Positions 49,451 to 63,770 are shown, numbered from the stretch's first letter. The stretch: DNA of 64,000 nt from Eledone cirrhosa (GCA_964016885.1 OZ024740.1:210304001-210368000); one strand, 5' to 3'. Notes: generated by a model not told the origin, from the letters alone. Made by a program: numbers and translations.

Positions 49451-49532
49451 CCCTCTGACGAGAGTTTTTCTTTGCAACGGATGCCGTATGGACTCCGTTT
49501 GTTTTTGAGACTCGAAACCGATTCGGTAAAGG
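49451..49532 (+). ncRNA. Type I HHR, second tandem copy
   Basis: CCCT-CTGACGA-GAGT..ACTC-GAAA-CCGATTCGG-TA-AAGG. Confidence 0.8.
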
Positions 49533-49562
49533 TAAACTTTTTCTTATTTGCTAAACCTTGAT

Positions 49563-49593
<31 letters not shown>

Positions 49594-49598
49594 GCATG

Positions 49599-49637
<39 letters not shown>

Positions 49638-49638
49638 G

Positions 49639-49679
<41 letters not shown>

Positions 49680-49696
49680 GTGTATATATATATATG

Positions 49697-49827
<131 letters not shown>

Positions 49828-52320
49828 ATATATATATGTATGTATATATATATAGATGTTTACATATTTTTACATATGGTCGTAGGTATGGCAAACCATG
49901 ATACTTCAGGTTCTATCTCATGGCACCTCGCCCAGCACAAATGTTTTCTGCCTTAGTTTGAGTCAACTCAGTCAATGTGAGTAAAATACATTACGGAACT
50001 ACATGTAAGTCCCACTGATGGATATCACCTGTAATGCCAAAGCCAGTCGTGTTACACGTTGTTTCACACTGATTATTTTATGTTAAGAGTGCACGTGCCT
50101 TTGAAATACACAGGGAGCATGTGGTTTCGGTCTGCTTTTTTCACAATTTTTAAACAGTGTATTTTGTTATGTAGACAAAGCGAATTTGAAAAAAAGAAAA
50201 GTGAAAGCCAAGAAGGAACGAATGCAGATCTATATTTGAGAGAGATTATGTTGCTATATTTAGTTCGTCGAACGACCACGCAGAAGCTCGCACGTTAATA
50301 AACCTCTACCTCATAGACTCACTGTTTTTCTCTGGTGCTACTTACAACTTCCGTCGACTGCATTTCTAAAATAACTAGCTCTGCCCAACCTCTACAATAC
50401 TCCACCCGATACACTCATCCCTAATCAACTCACTCTTCCTAATGTATCGCACCCTCAGATTCCTCCCTAAACACTCGAGTCAACTAGCTTGACCTGTCAG
50501 AAACAACAACCAAATTCCCCTTAAATCACATCTACCTCAAGGGAAGGACACACTGAAAATATAGTTACAATTATGCAACTTCTGAGAAAAGAACGGAACA
50601 ATCATGACTAGAACATCTTTTGTCATAAGCCTATTCACTCAGGTCTGACCTGGACCTAAAATATATATGATAACTCTTTAATCCATGCATTCATCTCCAA
50701 AGCTGCCGCTCCTGAGAATTCCTTCTTTGTTCGCGCTGTTGTTGTTTGTATGAATGGGCCCGTAACACTGTGCAGTGGCGCTGTATGGAACTCATCCCTT
50801 CTCCATGTCAACACACAGCCAATTTCTTCCAGAAAAGAAGGTAGAGATGAAGAGAGATATAGAGGAAGAATCGACTCCTGTACTAAACTGGTACTTTTTT
50901 ATCGACCTCGAAAGGATGAATGGCAAAGTTCACTGGCAACATTTGAACTCTCAACGCAGAGAGCCGGAACGAATATCTCAAACCAACGTTCTAACGACTT
51001 TGCCACTTCATTGTTGTTGTTGTTTGTTGCGCTGGTAATTAGCTACTAGTCAGGTCACCTTTAATCTAGCAAGAACTATAATCAAATGTTCCAATCATGA
51101 CTGTCCCTTTTTTTTATTCCAAACATTGTTTATCTAGAATTATAATGTATCTTCTATTTTTAAGACGGAGTTTCAAGAAATATGGCTGTTATTTTTATAA
51201 AATTAGCATGTAGATGCTATCCCGTATTTCTCCTTGGTATAGAAGTTCAAATTAAGGGACACCAATTTGAGAGAGAGACTTTAAAGGTTATGAAGACAGT
51301 CTTTCATACTCTACCTAATTAAGTATTTTTTAACGTCATAATTAGAGACTTACATCTATGAATGTTTGCTTCTGTGTGCCGACATTAGTAATAATTGGAA
51401 CTCATTACAGACTAAAGAGGAAAGAGCAACTTACATAAGTATTTCTACGACATTAAACATTAGTGTTTTAGAAGTAAACAGTTGACACCGAATTTCGTTC
51501 GAAATTGAGAATCGAAGATATTTTTCAAATGGCAGAACAATTTATAGTTGTTGTTGTTGTTCCAGCTTCGATTGAACAACCGAAAATTATTCCATCCATT
51601 CACGTATAGTGTGTCTAGGATCTCTTTATCAAATGCTTCCTTCCCTCTTCAAGAGAGAGTGTGATTTGGAGGTGAGTTGGTTGTTATTTCTAGCAGGTCG
51701 AGCAAGGAGAGGTTTAAATGTCTACGAATTCCTTGTTATGGGGCAGAGATCGAGAGGTTTAGTTCCGTAAATGTCATTTTTCTAAGACACCGCCCCATCT
51801 CATAACAATAGACACATATTTAGAATATTTGTGCTGAATTTCTGAGTCAAAACTTTGCAGGAAGCTGTCTTTGGTCAATATCAAATTACGTTCCTTGTTA
51901 ATTTGATTGGCTTTGGACAACGGGCGGAGTCGGGAAGCCAGTTCATATTGAAAATTAAGAGCTGTATTTTATTACATATAAGACTCACCCTACTGCACCT
52001 TTGATTTCAATAGGGAATATTAAAAAGAAGTTAATATTTATTGAGATATATAGCTACAATATAGCAGAAAAAAATAACTTAAATAAAAACATGCAACTAA
52101 GAATCTTTTTTAAGTACAATAGTACTGCTGTAATTTACAAGAGAAAACAAAATCAGTTGAGCAATAGCAAAAAGTATTTTATACGGTGCCAATCTACCAA
52201 CAGGGTTTATTGTAAATAAAGCACAAGACGAAAAACATCAATTTTCTGTAACAAAAACTTTAATCATTTTCAAATACTGAATACTCCTCAGCAACATCAT
52301 TATCAAAGCCCTCAAAGTCA

Positions 52321-52620
52321 TCTATATATCTAAAACAGAGAATGTCTGTCTGTCTGTCAGCTCACTAAAACTCGAGAACCACCCAACCGATTGTTTTCAA
52401 ACTTTACACATGTAATACTTATGGTCCTATGAGTGTTTTGAGCAAAGAAAATTTCAAATTTCAATGCCCTAGGGATCGCATTAGGCGATTTAGCGATCTC
52501 TCTCTAAAATTCTTAGTCTTTCTCTTTACATAGATATAACGTTGTGCCCTTATAATAACTGTCTGTATGTCTGACTGTCTGCATTACGACATTATGACGC
52601 GGTTTGTGTGCGTATATATG
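52321..52620 (+). mobile_element. Helitron-type non-autonomous 5' end
   Basis: TCTATATATCTAAAA..GAATGTCTGTCTGTCTGTC..CAACCGATT. Confidence 0.55.
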
Positions 52621-52699
52621 TATATATAGTATATGTAAATATATAGTGTGTAACGTTTTTCGAAATATTTACTTCTGCGTTCACAGATTGATTTTTTTT

Positions 52700-52750
52700 A
52701 GTTTCAGAAGATCCCGTTAAGGGTGAAAGCAGCGATTCTTTGCTTAAACT
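52700..52750 (+). ncRNA. HHR, U4A core, third copy
   Basis: Same motif as 48668-48718. Confidence 0.8.
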
Positions 52751-52761
52751 TTTATCTGTTA

Positions 52762-52933
<172 letters not shown>

Positions 52934-53079
52934 AAAGAATAGAGGTGTAACACACGAGTTATGATATATTGGTAAACGGAAAAGAAAATGCTGACAAATT
53001 GTTCACAGTGAAAAATAGTTTAATTAGGAATAAGTGAAAATTAGTAATAGTATTGGTTAGTATTCAGTTTTGGTTTTAA

Positions 53080-53117
53080 GTTTTACCGGTTGCGCATTTC
53101 TAATGCTTCTCAAAAAT
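53080..53117 (-). ncRNA. Possible HHR, U3-A8 core with GCAA instead of GAAA
   Basis: TTT-TTGAGAA-GCATTAGAAATGC-GCAA-CCGG-TA-AAAC. Confidence 0.45.
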
Positions 53118-53695
53118 AATTTTGAGATAGAGCGTCCGTGATGTTTGCTCTAGTCTGATTAGTTTTGGAAATTCTACCTGTTTTATGTGAAAAAAGTGGC
53201 TCCAGATGTATTAAAATAAGTTTCGCGCCAATTTGTGTTGCAAAAATTCTTGTGGTCAAAACAATTTTGATTGGTCGGTAGAGGTCATGTGAATGTTAAA
53301 AATTGATTTTGCGCCAAATGTAGGTTTGTGTCGGCTGATTGAGAAGTCACTGAAAAATAAGTCTTTCAAAACAAATATGTGTGTGTATTAGTAGTAAAGA
53401 GGTTCGTTGTTGTGATAATGGTCAGCAGGGATGTGTGTGCGAACCGCAGCCTGTTGACAGTTCAAATGCCTATTAAGACAAGTGTGTGTGTGTAGCAGAG
53501 TAATTCGTGGTAGAGGGATCGTCAGTAGGAATATGTCTGTAAGTGTGTGGGGGATATTTTAACATGTTTTGAAAGACTTATTTTGGCTGTTCCCAGGCTC
53601 CATTTGTGTAAAGGGAATAATGACTGAAGTTTTTTCGTGCCTTTTTACAAAATGGAATGTTTAAATTAAATGTATTGAATTTAGGTTATTTTATG

Positions 53696-53745
<50 letters not shown>

Positions 53746-53847
53746 GTGTGGTGTGTGTGTACGTGTGTGTACGTGTGTGTGTGTGTGCGTGCGCGTGTGT
53801 GTGCGTATATGTGTGTGTGTATGTATGTGTGTGTGTATGTATGTGTT

Positions 53848-53882
<35 letters not shown>

Positions 53883-54232
53883 GTGCGCACGCGCGTATAA
53901 ACTCTGTTTAAACTGCAAATATATATTTACATTTTAAAACAGAGTGGTTAAACAGATATCCAAATTGAACGTGAATAGAGTAGTAGGTCTCTGTGGAAAT
54001 TGTACCAACGTTTCAGTTGTTGATACGTCGGCGCAATTATTGTTGCTATACCACAAGACATCTGACAATGCTTCGTTGATATTCCTAAATTATTCAAACC
54101 ATCGACCTCTTTGTGGTGTTATTGATCTCTCAACGAGCCCCAGGCATGTACATAAATAAATCAGTAAACAGAATATAAACTAAATAGACAATAAAGACTA
54201 ATTATCTCTCTATATATAAAAGAGAGATGTTT

Positions 54233-54451
54233 ATTGGTTGGTTGATTGGTTGGCTGGTTGGCTGGTTGGCTGGTTGGTTGGTTGGTTGGCTGGTTGGTTG
54301 GCTGGTTGGATGGTTGGTTGGCTGGTTGGTTGGTTGGCTGGTTGGTTGGCTGGTTGGTTGGTTGGTTGGTTGGCTGGTTGGTTGGCTGGTTGGCTGGTTG
54401 GCTGTTGGTTGGTTGGTTGGCTGGTTGGTTGGCTGGTTGGCTGGTTGGTTG
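54233..54451. repeat. (TGGT/TGGC)n tetranucleotide repeat
   Basis: Direct reading. Confidence 0.95.
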
Positions 54452-54769
54452 AATCACACGAAAACCGCACACACACATCTAAAGAGAAAGAAAGACACGG
54501 AGGGAGGGTCAGAAAGAGAGATATAGACCGTTATACAGAGAGAAATACTATTAAAGTGTTAGATATTCAAAGAGAGAGAGAGAGAGAGTAACGTACCACG
54601 AAAGTCTAGAAACGGTTTAAACTATAGAATCTATAGTTTATCTATAGTATAGATCCTTTGATCTATAGGAAGGATTAACAATATTGTGTTAGCTTTTATA
54701 AAGTCGTTTTACAGTCTTTGATTTTACAGAACAAAGAAAAATTGATACTATTTGAAATTAATCCATCCT

Positions 54770-54985
54770 CCAACTTTTATCCATATACTACTTACAGACC
54801 GTACTAACGAAGCTAAACACTTCAGAAGCAATGTTATGCGGTATATTACTGTGTTTCAGATGACGTCCATTGGAGCTAAAAAAGATCATACTGACTATGG
54901 TTATTTCACATTTAAAATCCAAGGACAATGCTACCATTTAATCGGCAGTTTACTCCCTCAGCCCAATAAGAAAATTTTAAGATTG
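54770..54985 (+). pseudogene. Helitron Rep/helicase N-terminal fragment
   Basis: KHFRSNVMRYITVFQMTSIGA..TFKIQGQCYHLIGSLLP matches the conserved Helitron motif. Confidence 0.8.
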
Positions 54986-55134
54986 TTTTTTTTTATGCCT
55001 CTCTCTCTCACACACACACACATTACGGTCTCACCTCATACCAGACAACGCATCCAATACAGTCGGTTTCTCTGTTCTCCCGGGCGAAGCCGGGTACCTC
55101 ACCTAGTAATTATATATATATATATATATATATA

Positions 55135-55660
55135 AATAAAATAAAATAACAGGAGGCTAGACTGGTGTAAATCCTTGAAAGGTTTATTATACTATGATCA
55201 TTTCAATGACCGGGTTCCATATGAATCCGGTGATATCATCAGATATTGGAATACAACAAAGGAATATGTAAAAAAACCATAGGTCCGAAAAATCAGAGAC
55301 GGCGACTGGCCGAGGTGAAGGCAGCTAGTTGGTCAGTCGTCCTCTTTGTCTCTGTCTATGATTTTTCGGACCCATGGTTTTTTTACATATTCCTTTGTTA
55401 TATTCCAATACCTGATGATATCACCGGATTCATATGGAACCCGGTCATTGAAATGATCATAGTATAATAAACCTTTCAAGGATTTACACCAGTCCAGCCT
55501 CCTGTTATTTTTATTCATAATTAACTCCGTATTCGCACCACCAACTACTCAAACGAAGACGGGAGAACTGCACTACGTTGAGTACTCTCCACAATATTAC
55601 ACCAAGATTGACCATACGGAATGACCAATTCTATCAAGTGGTGAACCAACAAACCTAAAG
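55135..55660 (+). mobile_element. HHR element with inverted arm; HHRs at 55189-55246 (-) and 55408-55465 (+)
   Basis: ATAC-CTGATGA-..ACCGG/CCGGT..-GAAA-TGATCA-TA-GTAT-AATAAA; ~55140-55300 inverts ~55347-55513. Confidence 0.88.
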
Positions 55661-55756
55661 AAATATATATATATATATTCATTCAAAATATTAACAAAAA
55701 TAGAACTTCATTGTGATCACAGAAATCTGTGTGAACAAGTTGTATACTATTGTATT

Positions 55757-55940
55757 GGTAGATTGGCAGTATCGGTAGAGTGTCAGACATGTTTTGCAAC
55801 ATACAGTTATGGCCCTTTACGTTCTGGGTTCAAATGCTACCGAGGTTAACTTTGTCTTTCATCCTTACTGGGTCGATAAATTAAGTACCAGTAATGCACT
55901 GGATAATTGCTGGCCTTGTGCCAAAAGTAGAAACAATTAT
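55757..55940 (+). mobile_element. tRNA-derived SINE
   Basis: Same family as 11405-11592. Confidence 0.8.
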
Positions 55941-56569
55941 ATTTGTATTTTCATTTCTTATATAAATGTTAGATTTTTACACCAAAGTTCAATCTAATGG
56001 GAGTTGTTATCAACCACTTTTAGTGTTTTAACACTTCTTTATCTACACAGCTAGTCTGAAATCGCTTTCAGTCGTTCCTATATATATTTTGATTACCTTT
56101 CGTGTGTATCTTTTACGCCTTATATTTTCTTCCTCCTCCGCATCCTTAATATGCCTTCATAAAGCCATGGTCTTTCTTCATTCTTGAAAGGAGAACTTAT
56201 GATTAAAGATAAGTCTCTTGAAATTGTCCTTGTTCGTTCTCGTGCAATCTCTTTCAACTTGTTCGATACGTTATTGAAATATATCTTTAGTTTTGTGAAT
56301 AATTAACTTCGATAGTTTCCACTGTGTTGACATTTTCTCTTTGCCTTACGATTAAATAAAAAATAATAGTCGGGAAGGGTGGGCAATATACATGACCTTT
56401 GTAGGTCAGTTCTCTCTGACGAGTGAGATTTAGGTAACTGATGTTCTGTTTGAGTATCTGTATCTGTTCATGCAGGGAAAATGTGGCCAGGAATTCAGAT
56501 AATTTTGTGGACATTGATTTTACCTTTTGTTTCTCTGAAATAAGTAACATAAATAATAGTGTTACAATA

Positions 56570-57350
56570 CGTTTGAGAGAAGGGCAAAGTTGATTAAATT
56601 AAGCCTAGTGAAAGGATGGGAAGGGTGGTGAGACTTGAACTCAGATCTTAAAAGGTCGTAATTAAATGCTACAAAGCATTTTTCTTGACGCTGTAACGAT
56701 TCTGTCAATCTGCTGCCCTTGATTTCTAATTTAGGCACAAGGCCAGCAATTTGGTGGAAGGGAAAAGTCGATTATATCGACCTTAGTACGTAACTGGTTA
56801 TTTATTTCATCGATCCCAGGAGAATGACAGACAAAGTTGACCTCGGTGAGGTTTGAACTCAGAACGTAGAAAGTCGTAACTAAATGCCACAATGTATTTT
56901 GTCCGACGCTCTACCGATACTACAATCTACTGCCCTGTAATACGGATTACTAGTATAGGCACAATGCCAGTAATTTGGAGGGAGGAGAAAGTCGATTAAA
57001 TCGACCCCAGTACGTTACTGGTGCTTTATTTTATCGACCCTGTAAGGATGAAAGGCAAAGTTAACCTCGACGGGATTTGAACTCAGATCATAAAGGGCAG
57101 TAACTCTATGCGGTAAAGCATAGTGTCCGACTCTACCGATACTGCCAATCCACCGCCCATTTAGTTAATAAATAATAATAATAATAAATGTTTCTACTTT
57201 TGGCACAAGGCCAGCAATTATCCCAGTACGTTACTGGTGCTTTATTTTATCGACCCCGTAAGGATGAAAGCAAGTTAACCTCGACGGGATTTGAACTCAG
57301 ACCGTAAAGGACCGTAACTCTATGCTGCAAAGCATAGTGTCCGACTCTAC
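56570..57350 (-). mobile_element. Cluster of four tandem tRNA-SINE copies
   Basis: Repeated GGCACAAGGCCAGCAAT..TTTGAACTCAG. Confidence 0.85.
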
Positions 57351-58051
57351 TAGTATTATAAAGAGAGCGACTACATCTCATATACCACTCCTCTACAAAG
57401 TTTATCGTTGAGTCTAGACAAAAGTAATCAACATCGTATCACTGAAACCTGCACCAAATTAATGGATAACCAATATTTTGGTCTTTAGTTTTCAATGAAA
57501 TACACATAGTCATCAACATGGCGAGTCACCGTGTGACTAAAATACTACACTTCTAGCTTGGATAAACTCTAAAAGATCCATTTTGATTAAACTACAGTCC
57601 GACGCTCCTTCACTCGGCCCTCTTCTTACCATTTTCATGACGTTACTTTTAATTATAGACCAAAGAATCAATACATCCAGCGACTGACCGAGTTTGAACA
57701 TTTGCTGATTACGTAATATACACATTACAGTTTCCATGGCTAAAAATGAACGGAAATGTTTGACATATCTAACAAAGGGCTTTGGGAAATTGACGACTCT
57801 ATAAATAGATACAACTGTTTGTTTTTTATTTGCTTTCGACGATTCGGTTGATGTATTTATCAAGATTAGATGGTACTTCTTGTGAGGTGCAAAAATTCAA
57901 ATTAACCATCGCATTGATTAAAAAGAGTTACTGTAGTCTACGTTTGTAAGGTTTAAATTTTCTTTATATTTCTATTGAAGTGGAATGTCTTTAAAGATAT
58001 CCATTATTCCAGACAATTTCAAGTAACACTAAAATACGCGAGGGTCACACA

Positions 58052-58327
58052 CAAGGGCCTTGTTTCAGTGGGTACCAGGGGACAAGTCATCCCACACTTT
58101 TTCGAACGTCTATGTTTTATTTTTTGTTTATTTGCTACAATAAATTCTTTTTAAGCTTATTTTTTTATATCTGAACTTTATTTGAATATATAAAATTTAA
58201 TTAGCGTAAAATTTTACTTATGTGATAGGGTCTGGGAAAGGCACCATAAGCAATACTAACATGCTCCTTTAAGAATCAACAAATGTTGGTTTGTCCCACT
58301 TACATTTTTAAGGCAAACAACCCCCTG
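58052..58327. mobile_element. hAT-type MITE
   Basis: 8-bp TSD GTCACACA; imperfect CAAGGG/CCCCTG termini. Confidence 0.65.
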
Positions 58328-58779
58328 GTCACACACTATCACTACTTTTTATTTGAACTGCTTTAAAAATCCGATATTTTAACAACGTTGATATTTTATT
58401 TATGTAATTTTATAATAGTTTCTTTTTTATCTAGAAAAATTCTCAGATTTAAGACGAAAACTGTTTAGAAGACCGTCCAATGGAGTGTGCCTGTAATTTA
58501 GAGGTCCAGCCTTGTCACATACCATGTCACGCAGGATCTCGCTGAGAATTTCCTCAAATGTACACGTGTCTATGGAATGCTCAACCTCTTACATGTTAAT
58601 TTCATGAACCAGCGGTATTTTCTTTGAACAACTGGAACAGTCATTTTCGAAACAGACGGGGGTCCATTCCATATTCCATATATTTTCTTCCTTTCTACTA
58701 CTTCAAATCGCCAACAACAACAATAACAACGACAGGCAATTTAGTGGAATAATTAAACAATGATATTAAACAATTATTA

Positions 58780-59422
58780 TGCCAATCTCCAACTCACAAT
58801 CTCCAACCAGCAAATTGCTCAAGTTACAGAGTTTGTATATCTCAATCACAAACTATCATCAAAGAACAATGGAATGGCTGCAGCGCAATATCGAATCGGG
58901 CTAGGTTGGGCAGCTTTCAACAAGAACAAGGAAGTACTAACATCAAAACGAGTTTCCTATCATTTGAAGGCTAAGATCTTTGATACTTACATCCTACTAG
59001 TTGTATAATATGGTCTTTACTGTGTTAATTGAACGACAAGATCACTTCAGAAGCTCTCTAAATTCCAGAACCACATCATGAGACTTATAACTGACAAGCG
59101 GCTCAGCGACCGTATCTGTATCAGTGAGCTGCTCAACATTACCAGACTTAGACCAATTACATCAATTGTCAAGTCAAGAGTACTCAAAGTATACGGTCAT
59201 ATAAAAAGATCAACTCGTGGTGTGAGTAGGTTATGCCTGGAAGGAAGGTTGGTTGGTAAGAGAAGCAGAGGCCAGCAGGCAAACCGATGGCTCGATAATG
59301 TCAACTTATGGACTGGACTTGATCTTTGCTCTTTGAACTCTGCTGCTGGTGATCGAACTTTGTGGAGAGAGATATCACATGTTAATGCGTAGTCTGCAAC
59401 TGGCAGAGTTTAGCGTCACAGG
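58780..59422 (+). pseudogene. RTE-like LINE RT 3' remnant; 3' end duplicated at ~61545-61675
   Basis: QVTEFVYL..RIGLGWAAF..LKAKIF..YGHIKR..LEGRLVGKRSRG..RWLD..DRTLWR, with stops. Confidence 0.8.
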
Positions 59423-59459
59423 AAGAATAAACAATTTTTCCCCAATCCGTTTAGAAATA

Positions 59460-59657
59460 TGAAGATCGGCTGAAAGGTTCATAAGCTGATTAGGATACAC
59501 TCATGGAATGACCAAACGAGGTCTATTTTTCAACATAGTCCCTGGAAAGAGACAATGCAGTTATTAATAAGAAGAGTTGAAATTAGTGCATGCAAGATTT
59601 CACAACCGTAGCAGCACTCTTTCATAGCCAGTCTAAGAACCTTACAGCCGATTCTCG
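59460..59657. mobile_element. Mariner-type MITE (diverged)
   Basis: Reverse-orientation homologue of 20629-20815, TA flanks. Confidence 0.7.
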
Positions 59658-61986
59658 TATTTGTTTATGGTATTATTCATGATTTAGTACGAGGAGATGA
59701 TGGTTTCCATCGGGTTCCAGGATAAAACAATTTTGCTTTGCATTTTTTGTTTGTTTCTTATTTTAATTTTCTAGCAAGGAACTATAATTGGAAAGACAAG
59801 AAAAACAAAGCAGTAAAGATGGTAAGTAGATAATAACTGCTGGTAATTAACTGAGCACCACACCCATTCTAGTTAGTTGAGAATCACAAGCTTAACAAAA
59901 TATCACTATTTGTTTTGTGATTATCTTTACATAATTTTATCTTGCTAATTAAGTTATTTACATTATTAATAATCAAGGCTGATAGTTTAATGGAAAAATG
60001 ATGCAGAAACATTTTCTTATCATCCTTTCAATAGTGTTGATGTTTCTTTTTACAGTATTTATTCTCAATCTCTACGTTCTGAGTTCAAATTCTACGAGCT
60101 CGATAAAATAAAGTACCAGTCTAGTACTGGGGTCGATTTAATCGACTTTCCCCTCCCCTAAAATTGTTGGCCTTGTGCCTAATTTAGAAACCATTATTAT
60201 TGCTGCTGTTGTAATTTATAGCTGTTGTCGAATAACGTGTGATTTGTCACCATGTAGAATTTGTTTTTATAACAAGTGTAAATGAAGGGAAAGCATTTCT
60301 TTTGAAATATTTCTTTTAAAGAACTCTTTTGTGACGATTCTAGATATCTCTCCCGTACGGGGAGAAAAAAAGGTCATTTTCAGGCTTTTTAAACATTAAG
60401 TTTTGTGTTTAACGTCAGCCCCAACACGGTTTTATCTCAACATAGAGATTCTCTAAAACCTTGAATTAAATAAAACAGCAGAGAAAACAAACACGAAGAA
60501 AAACATTTTTTTAAATACTCATAACAACAAAGCAAACACTTTTCTTTGTACAGTGGCAATGACACACTCGCGAGCTCGTTTCATCAAACGAAGGAATGAA
60601 TGGAGCGTTTCCTTCTTTCACCTGAACTTGCTCAAACAAATGGACACTAGATATGAATTATCTGGGAAGAAACGTCTGCCTGACAGAGCTGTATTACATG
60701 GGGAAGTGCATCAATACCTAGTTCCATTATCGAAAAACGAGAAGTAAAAATAAAAAACGAAATTACTTAAACCTGTATCTCGAAAGACCTAGTGCCTATG
60801 TTTATGCCCCCAAAAGAACAATTGAGGAGGTCCTTAGTTAATCATGGAAGAAACTAAAGAGCCATGTATAAAATATTCAAAATAGAGGATGAGGCGCCAA
60901 AAACAGACCGAACTGGTGCGTTACACTCCTCCAAAGAAACTCGTACCACAATATCTAGAGCAGTGCAGCACAAGAGTTATCGGCAAAGATACCTTGTAGA
61001 ACTAGAAAAGCACAGGAAGAAACGGCAGCAGAACCAGCAACAAGTTCTGGAGGATATTGATAAAGACCCAGAGAGCCAATAAGGGCGGGAAATTGTTGGG
61101 AACAGTAAAAAGAATAGAAAAAGACAGCAAACTTCCTAAAAAGTAAACTCAACCCTAATAGAAGGCAAGCTGAACAGGTGAAAGTATGTTTACCTTTACC
61201 CGTTAGAAACTAAGGCTAAGAATCCTACTCTACAGGTCATTATGTCCACATTACTGGGATCATCTAACGTAGATATGATTGACGTCTTAAACGACATGTG
61301 GGAGGAAAACAGAATTGTGAAGGTGTCGGTTTGTGAAGAAATGACGGTAGAATACAGAAAATACTCAAAGGATAGATTTCTATTGAAAATCATATCAACA
61401 ATAGTCTATTGTTAAATGTATCTGAGCTTTCAGGAACCATTATTACTCACCTCGTCACCTGAACTGCTCGCGGGTCTATTTGTGATGAAATAAAGTGACT
61501 GGCGAGCGGTCTGCCTCAGTCGGGCAGAACGCTCGTCTGTCACTTGATAATGTCAACCTATGGACTGGACTTGATCTTTGCTCTTTAAACTCTGCTGCTG
61601 AGGATCGAACTTTGTAAAGAAGAATATCTCATGTTAATGCGCAGTCTGCAACTGGAGGAGTTTAGCGTCACAAGACAAAGTGACTGGCAATAGAACAGCA
61701 AGCTAGAGGGCTCTCAGCCGACTCTGGGTGGGACACTCTGAATGTTTCTTAGATTATGTATTGTTTTAATCATTGTGTTTTATATAATTACACTAGTCAA
61801 CAATTTTTGAAAGGTTGTGTGCTTCTTAAATGAGATTATTTAATTCTTATGTATTTTCATGTCCTGAACACAAATGTCACATTGATAAATGTTTATTAGC
61901 TACAGGCTTAAAGATACACAACATGTAATATTTCATTATTTAATTATAACATACAGTATGTGTCATTATGTTTTAAGTTCTAGGCC

Positions 61987-62400
61987 TTATAAAAGCTCTG
62001 CCTTTTTTGCTTGACATTTATAGTGGGTTGAAAAATCATCTCTTGTCCATGTCCAGCAATAGTCTGCAAGCATTGTTGTGCTCCATTTGCCCTCTAACCC
62101 CTTTTCCATGGTTGAAATATCTTGGTGAAACCTTTCACCATGTTCGTCACTAGCTACCCCACAGTTCGCTACAAAAAAGTCTAAATGTGAGTCCAAAAAG
62201 TGGATTTTAAGTGACATGTTACATCCTATATTCTTGTAAGCCTTGATTAGGTTTTCAACCAATCCTTCATAGTTTCCTTCCCTTCTGTTTCCAAGAAATC
62301 CCTTCGCCCCTGACTTGAATGCTTCCCAAGTAGATTACTCGTCCCAATGAAGGGCTGATTTAAAGTCACCATATTTAAGAAGCCCTCGAATCTGAGGACC
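61987..62400 (-). pseudogene. DNA transposase C-terminal remnant, probably CMC/Chapaev3
   Basis: GCNMSLKIHFLDSHLDFF..SDEHGERFHQDI..MLADYCW. Confidence 0.7.
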
Positions 62401-63489
62401 AATGAAGACTTTGAGAATGATTGCGCATATATTAAGTTATTAAATAAACCGTTGTATGTCTTACTTGATTTATATATGAATGTCAAAATATGGACAACAA
62501 AAATATCTCCAACTACTCTCGGGTCCCAAATAATAGGGGTAGGGTGAAATAAGTGTGGGGATTGGAATAAACGGGAGTGTTGGAATGAGCAGGGTGTGGG
62601 GTCGCAAATCGGTAATCTTTGTAGGTTGTATCCGTTGATTTTTTTTGGAAAAATAGAATTAGTCGTTCAGTTTACATATTGAGTCCCCCAACCCATCCTA
62701 TTTATTTCATAACGTATGGGATTTCTGGTAATGTGCAGGAATGCTAGCAATTAAAATAAAATTTCGCCGGATTTAATAAGCGGGGGGAGGAATAAGAGAG
62801 TGTGTGTGTGTGTTGTGGTGGTGGGGAGGTTCGAAGACGTCTGCAAAATTAATAAGCGGAGGAGGGGTGCAATTATTTGCGACCCGAAAGAGTGCGAGCA
62901 TAAAAATATTTGTAGTTGAAAATAAGAAAGAAAGAAAAAAAAAAGTACATCGAAAACTTCTGTCTAATGGAAGGGAGGTAATTAGAAATGTAATATGTTT
63001 TACCTCCCTTACACGCTTAAAAATCACTTAAGTATATTTTGAGCATTTGAGTAATATTACAGCGATCGATTTGGCAGAGTCGTTAGAGCGTTAAATATTT
63101 GTTCCGGGTTTCTGCGTTTTGAGTTCAAATCCCGCCGGAGTCTACTTTGCGTTTTATCCTTCCAAGATTGATAACAAACTACCAGCTTTGTGTTGATGCA
63201 ACTCCCTCTCCTTCTAGCTGATTCATCCTGTATGTTCCGCTGAATCAGGGAGGGGGGGGGGGGTTTCAACTCGCGACAGCATGAGCACCAAGAGCCCTTA
63301 GCGAAATCATGGTACATACTACCAAATCAAACTCGATTGTGAATGATGTCTGTTCATTTTTTTCTGACGTAAGTGAAGTAAAATATTCTCTAGAAAGTTC
63401 AACAAGGGAGTAAAAATTGGATTGCTATTTTCTTTCAGTCAATATATTTAGGAACCCATGGAGACTTCATGGACAAGCAAAGTGGTAAT

Positions 63490-63770
63490 TAACGTGTAAG
63501 CGGCTGAACAGTCCACAGACACGTGCCCAGTTAACGTAAATATCAGGGAGATTCCGCGTGACACAATGTGTAGCCATTTAAATTACAGGTACAGTCAATC
63601 CGACGGGTTTCCAAACAGTTTCCCTCTACCTAGTTTCACTTACAAGGAATGGGTCGACTCGAGGCAATGAAAAAGTACACATAACGAAGGGGCAGCGCAG
63701 TGAGATCGTACCCAAGTCCTAATGATTGCGAAGCAAACTTCTTAACCCTCCGGCTACGTTGAGTCCACAT
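63490..63770 (-). mobile_element. tRNA-derived SINE (second family)
   Basis: Similar to 9140-9350. Confidence 0.55.

Larger units (their letters stand above)
48901..49562 (+). mobile_element. Retrozyme-like direct tandem, 483-nt unit
   Basis: AACAATTTTGAATAGCGCCAG at 48901 and 49384; an HHR in each repeat. Confidence 0.88.

Noticed and set aside
54161-54591. QPTN/LVGW repeat ORFs
   Set aside because: Translation of a tetranucleotide microsatellite
57400-57863. 108-aa ORF and a nearby RHVDD string resembling an RT motif
   Set aside because: No other RT motifs recognisable; may be chance or a very old remnant
60770-61395. Purine-rich broken ORFs, possible LINE ORF1 remnant
   Set aside because: No diagnostic motif recognised
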